The position numbers and the translations under genes were made by a program. From NCBI GenBank assembly GCA_038882955.1, contig JAVZNC010000003.1, positions 64,001-128,000 on the forward strand: a stretch of DNA of 64,000 nucleotides, given 5' to 3'. The notes below the pieces were generated by a model. It had not been told where the DNA came from and did no database searches. It saw nothing but the letters and a program-made list of their open reading frames with translations. This DNA is from Candidatus Bathyarchaeia archaeon. GTDB taxonomy: Archaea; Thermoproteota; Bathyarchaeia; Bathyarchaeales; Bathycorpusculaceae. This document shows positions 61,859 through 64,000 of the stretch, piece after piece; within the stretch, counting starts at the first letter, position 1, and each line of letters begins with the position of its first letter.

Positions 61859-64000
61859 ATGAGACGGCCAATTTCTGTCACCATGTTATGTCTTATTGCG
61901 TCTTGCGTGTTAACGTCAGCATTTAATGTTAACCCAATTAAAGCTTGGAATGGAACTATTTACATTAGAGAGGATGGAACAGTTGATCCTCCCACCGCGC
62001 CCATAAGACGAAATGGAAACTTCTATGCCTTAACTGGAGATATAACAACTAATAGCGATGGGATTGTGATTGAACTTGGCGGCATAGTTCTAGATGGGGA
62101 AAGTTATTGTGTGCAAGGGGCAAACAAGGGAAACGGAATTGTTCTTTCTGGTGCAAGCAGCTGCGAGATTATGAATATTAAAATCAAAAATTTTAACATA
62201 GGTATTCGGTTATTAGTGGATTCAAATTTTAACAGCATTTCCGCCATTGATCTGGTGAATAATAGCTATGGAATCCTTTTAGAGCATTCACACGATAATA
62301 TTATATTTGCAAGTAATATGGAGAAAAACATTTATGGTATCGGCTTTTACGAGTCATCTAATAACCGTTTTTACTACGTAAATTTTGTTGACAACTACCA
62401 ACATGTGCACGATTTTGCTTCAGGCAATCCGATTGAACCTTCAATAAATTTTTGGGATGATGGATACTCTTGGGGTGGAAATTACTGGAGTGATTATTCA
62501 GGTGTTGACACTAACGGAGACGGAGTAGGCGACATACCATATATTATTGACAACAATAATATAGATTATTATCCACTCTGCTCCAACAAGCCTTTACATC
62601 CTAGCTATTATGAAACCAGCGAGTTTCTAATAGGAAGCATGGCTGTCGGTGTAATATTCCCAGAAAGTAATGGAGAAAACGATCCAGACACAGAAAATTG
62701 GACTGAAATTGAAGAATCAAAGATGGTTACTAGAATAACAAATGCACTGAATTGGTTGAAAGAGTATAATCCTTCAGCAAATATTTCATTTTATTTAGAG
62801 GTTAATTATCGCGTGCCCACAGGCCTTGAACCAATTAACCGCTTTTACTCCGAATATCCATTATGGGTTACTGAAACAATTTATAACCTCGGTTATAGAA
62901 GCGTCCTTGATTATGTTAACAACCTAAGAAACAGGCTAAAAACAGATTGGGCATTTATTCTTTTCATAGTAGACAGCTCCAACGATGCTGATGGATGCTT
63001 TCCAGAAGGATATGATGCTGGCGCGATTATTGGTGGCCCTTTTGTTATAAGTACGACTAGATGGATTGATTCCGCATTATTGGAAGCTATTCTTGCACAC
63101 GAGATATGCCATCTCTTCTACGCAACTGACGAATATAATCACATACAGGAGTTTAGTGGATATCTAAATGTTTCAGATGCGGATGGTGCTTATTGTTTAA
63201 TGACTTCAAATGCACGAAAAATTTGCCAAGCCACTCAAGAACAACTTGGATGGCGTGACACAGATGAAGATGGAATTTATGATATTATCGATACATTTCC
63301 ACAAATCAGTTTTGATGCAAGTCAATATCAATATGTCAATGGAACCTTAATTTTCACGGGATATGTAACCGAGGTTCCGTATCCCAACTGCAATTCATAT
63401 AGCCGTCCCAGATGGCCTGATTGGCAAGAAGTATTTTTCCGGATGCCAAAGACACGTAAGAGTATAACAATTAACACAATTACGAACGTAGAGTATAGAA
63501 TTGATGACGGCCCATGGATCAACGCAACGCCAGTTGATGGGAGTTTTGATGAAGCACAAGAATACTTCACTCTAAATATACCTGGACCACTACTAGGTAA
63601 CCATTCAATAGATTTGCGTGCAATAAATTCCGTAGGAAATAGTGCATTTCATTTCAGTAATCCTTGGGGAAGGCACTTAATAGTGCCTGAGGGTTATCCT
63701 ATTGTGGACATGGCTGTCTACAAAGGAAGCTTGTATCTCGCAGCTAACAATAGACTCTATACCTACAGTAGGAGCAAATGGAATGTTTTAGAAGCACCCA
63801 CGTTTTTGGTTTCGCTTGAAACGATATCCATAACTCTGGGGCTCCAGCAACAAGTTGTTTTAGCTGAATGGAATCAGACATATGGAGGATCTGAATTAGA
63901 AATTGCATATTCATTGATGCAAACGAATGATGAAGGATATGCTATATTAGGATGGACAGAGTCTTTTGGCTCGGGTCTCAGCGACATTTGGTTAATTAAG
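61859..64000 (+). CDS. large secreted multidomain protein: NosD/CASH beta-helix + zinc metallopeptidase + Ig-like/propeller repeats (3' truncated by window)
   Basis: Manual translation: signal peptide MRRPISVTMLCL.., TIYIREDG, GNYWSDY..D.NGDG.GD.PY, AHEICHLFYATDEY, CLM Met-turn-like. Confidence 0.8.
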   Translation, partial: MRRPISVTMLCLIASCVLTSAFNVNPIKAWNGTIYIREDGTVDPPTAPIRRNGNFYALTGDITTNSDGIVIELGGIVLDGESYCVQGANKGNGIVLSGASSCEIMNIKIKNFNIGIRLLVDSNFNSISAIDLVNNSYGILLEHSHDNIIFASNMEKNIYGIGFYESSNNRFYYVNFVDNYQHVHDFASGNPIEPSINFWDDGYSWGGNYWSDYSGVDTNGDGVGDIPYIIDNNNIDYYPLCSNKPLHPSYYETSEFLIGSMAVGVIFPESNGENDPDTENWTEIEESKMVTRITNALNWLKEYNPSANISFYLEVNYRVPTGLEPINRFYSEYPLWVTETIYNLGYRSVLDYVNNLRNRLKTDWAFILFIVDSSNDADGCFPEGYDAGAIIGGPFVISTTRWIDSALLEAILAHEICHLFYATDEYNHIQEFSGYLNVSDADGAYCLMTSNARKICQATQEQLGWRDTDEDGIYDIIDTFPQISFDASQYQYVNGTLIFTGYVTEVPYPNCNSYSRPRWPDWQEVFFRMPKTRKSITINTITNVEYRIDDGPWINATPVDGSFDEAQEYFTLNIPGPLLGNHSIDLRAINSVGNSAFHFSNPWGRHLIVPEGYPIVDMAVYKGSLYLAANNRLYTYSRSKWNVLEAPTFLVSLETISITLGLQQQVVLAEWNQTYGGSELEIAYSLMQTNDEGYAILGWTESFGSGLSDIWLIK

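Overview
Archaeal chromosomal window, most consistent with Bathyarchaeia (TACK). This rests on the archaeal 16S rRNA, TBP, RadA, a complete Cdv/ESCRT division cluster and HdrA-MvhD. It is mostly housekeeping genes: PEP carboxykinase, AsnA, geranylgeranyl reductase, Dph6, Lhr, PyrE, LarA, class I fumarase, RqcH, NucS, NreA, PPase and antiporters. It also holds a stand-alone 16S rRNA gene with its own bulge-helix-bulge stem and tRNA-Asp(GTC). Features missing from the ORF track include a Zn-ribbon Cren7-like protein, a candidate C/D-box sRNA, three broken genes, and a tRNA-Leu-like 3' fragment (att-like) before an AT-rich secreted metalloprotease gene at the right edge. The best candidate for an undescribed system is an overlapping gene pair at 8.8-11.8 kb: a wHTH-fused KaiC/RAD55-like ATPase and an ATP-dependent DNA ligase with an extra N-terminal HTH-like extension. 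All family calls are by motif recognition only; no searches were run.
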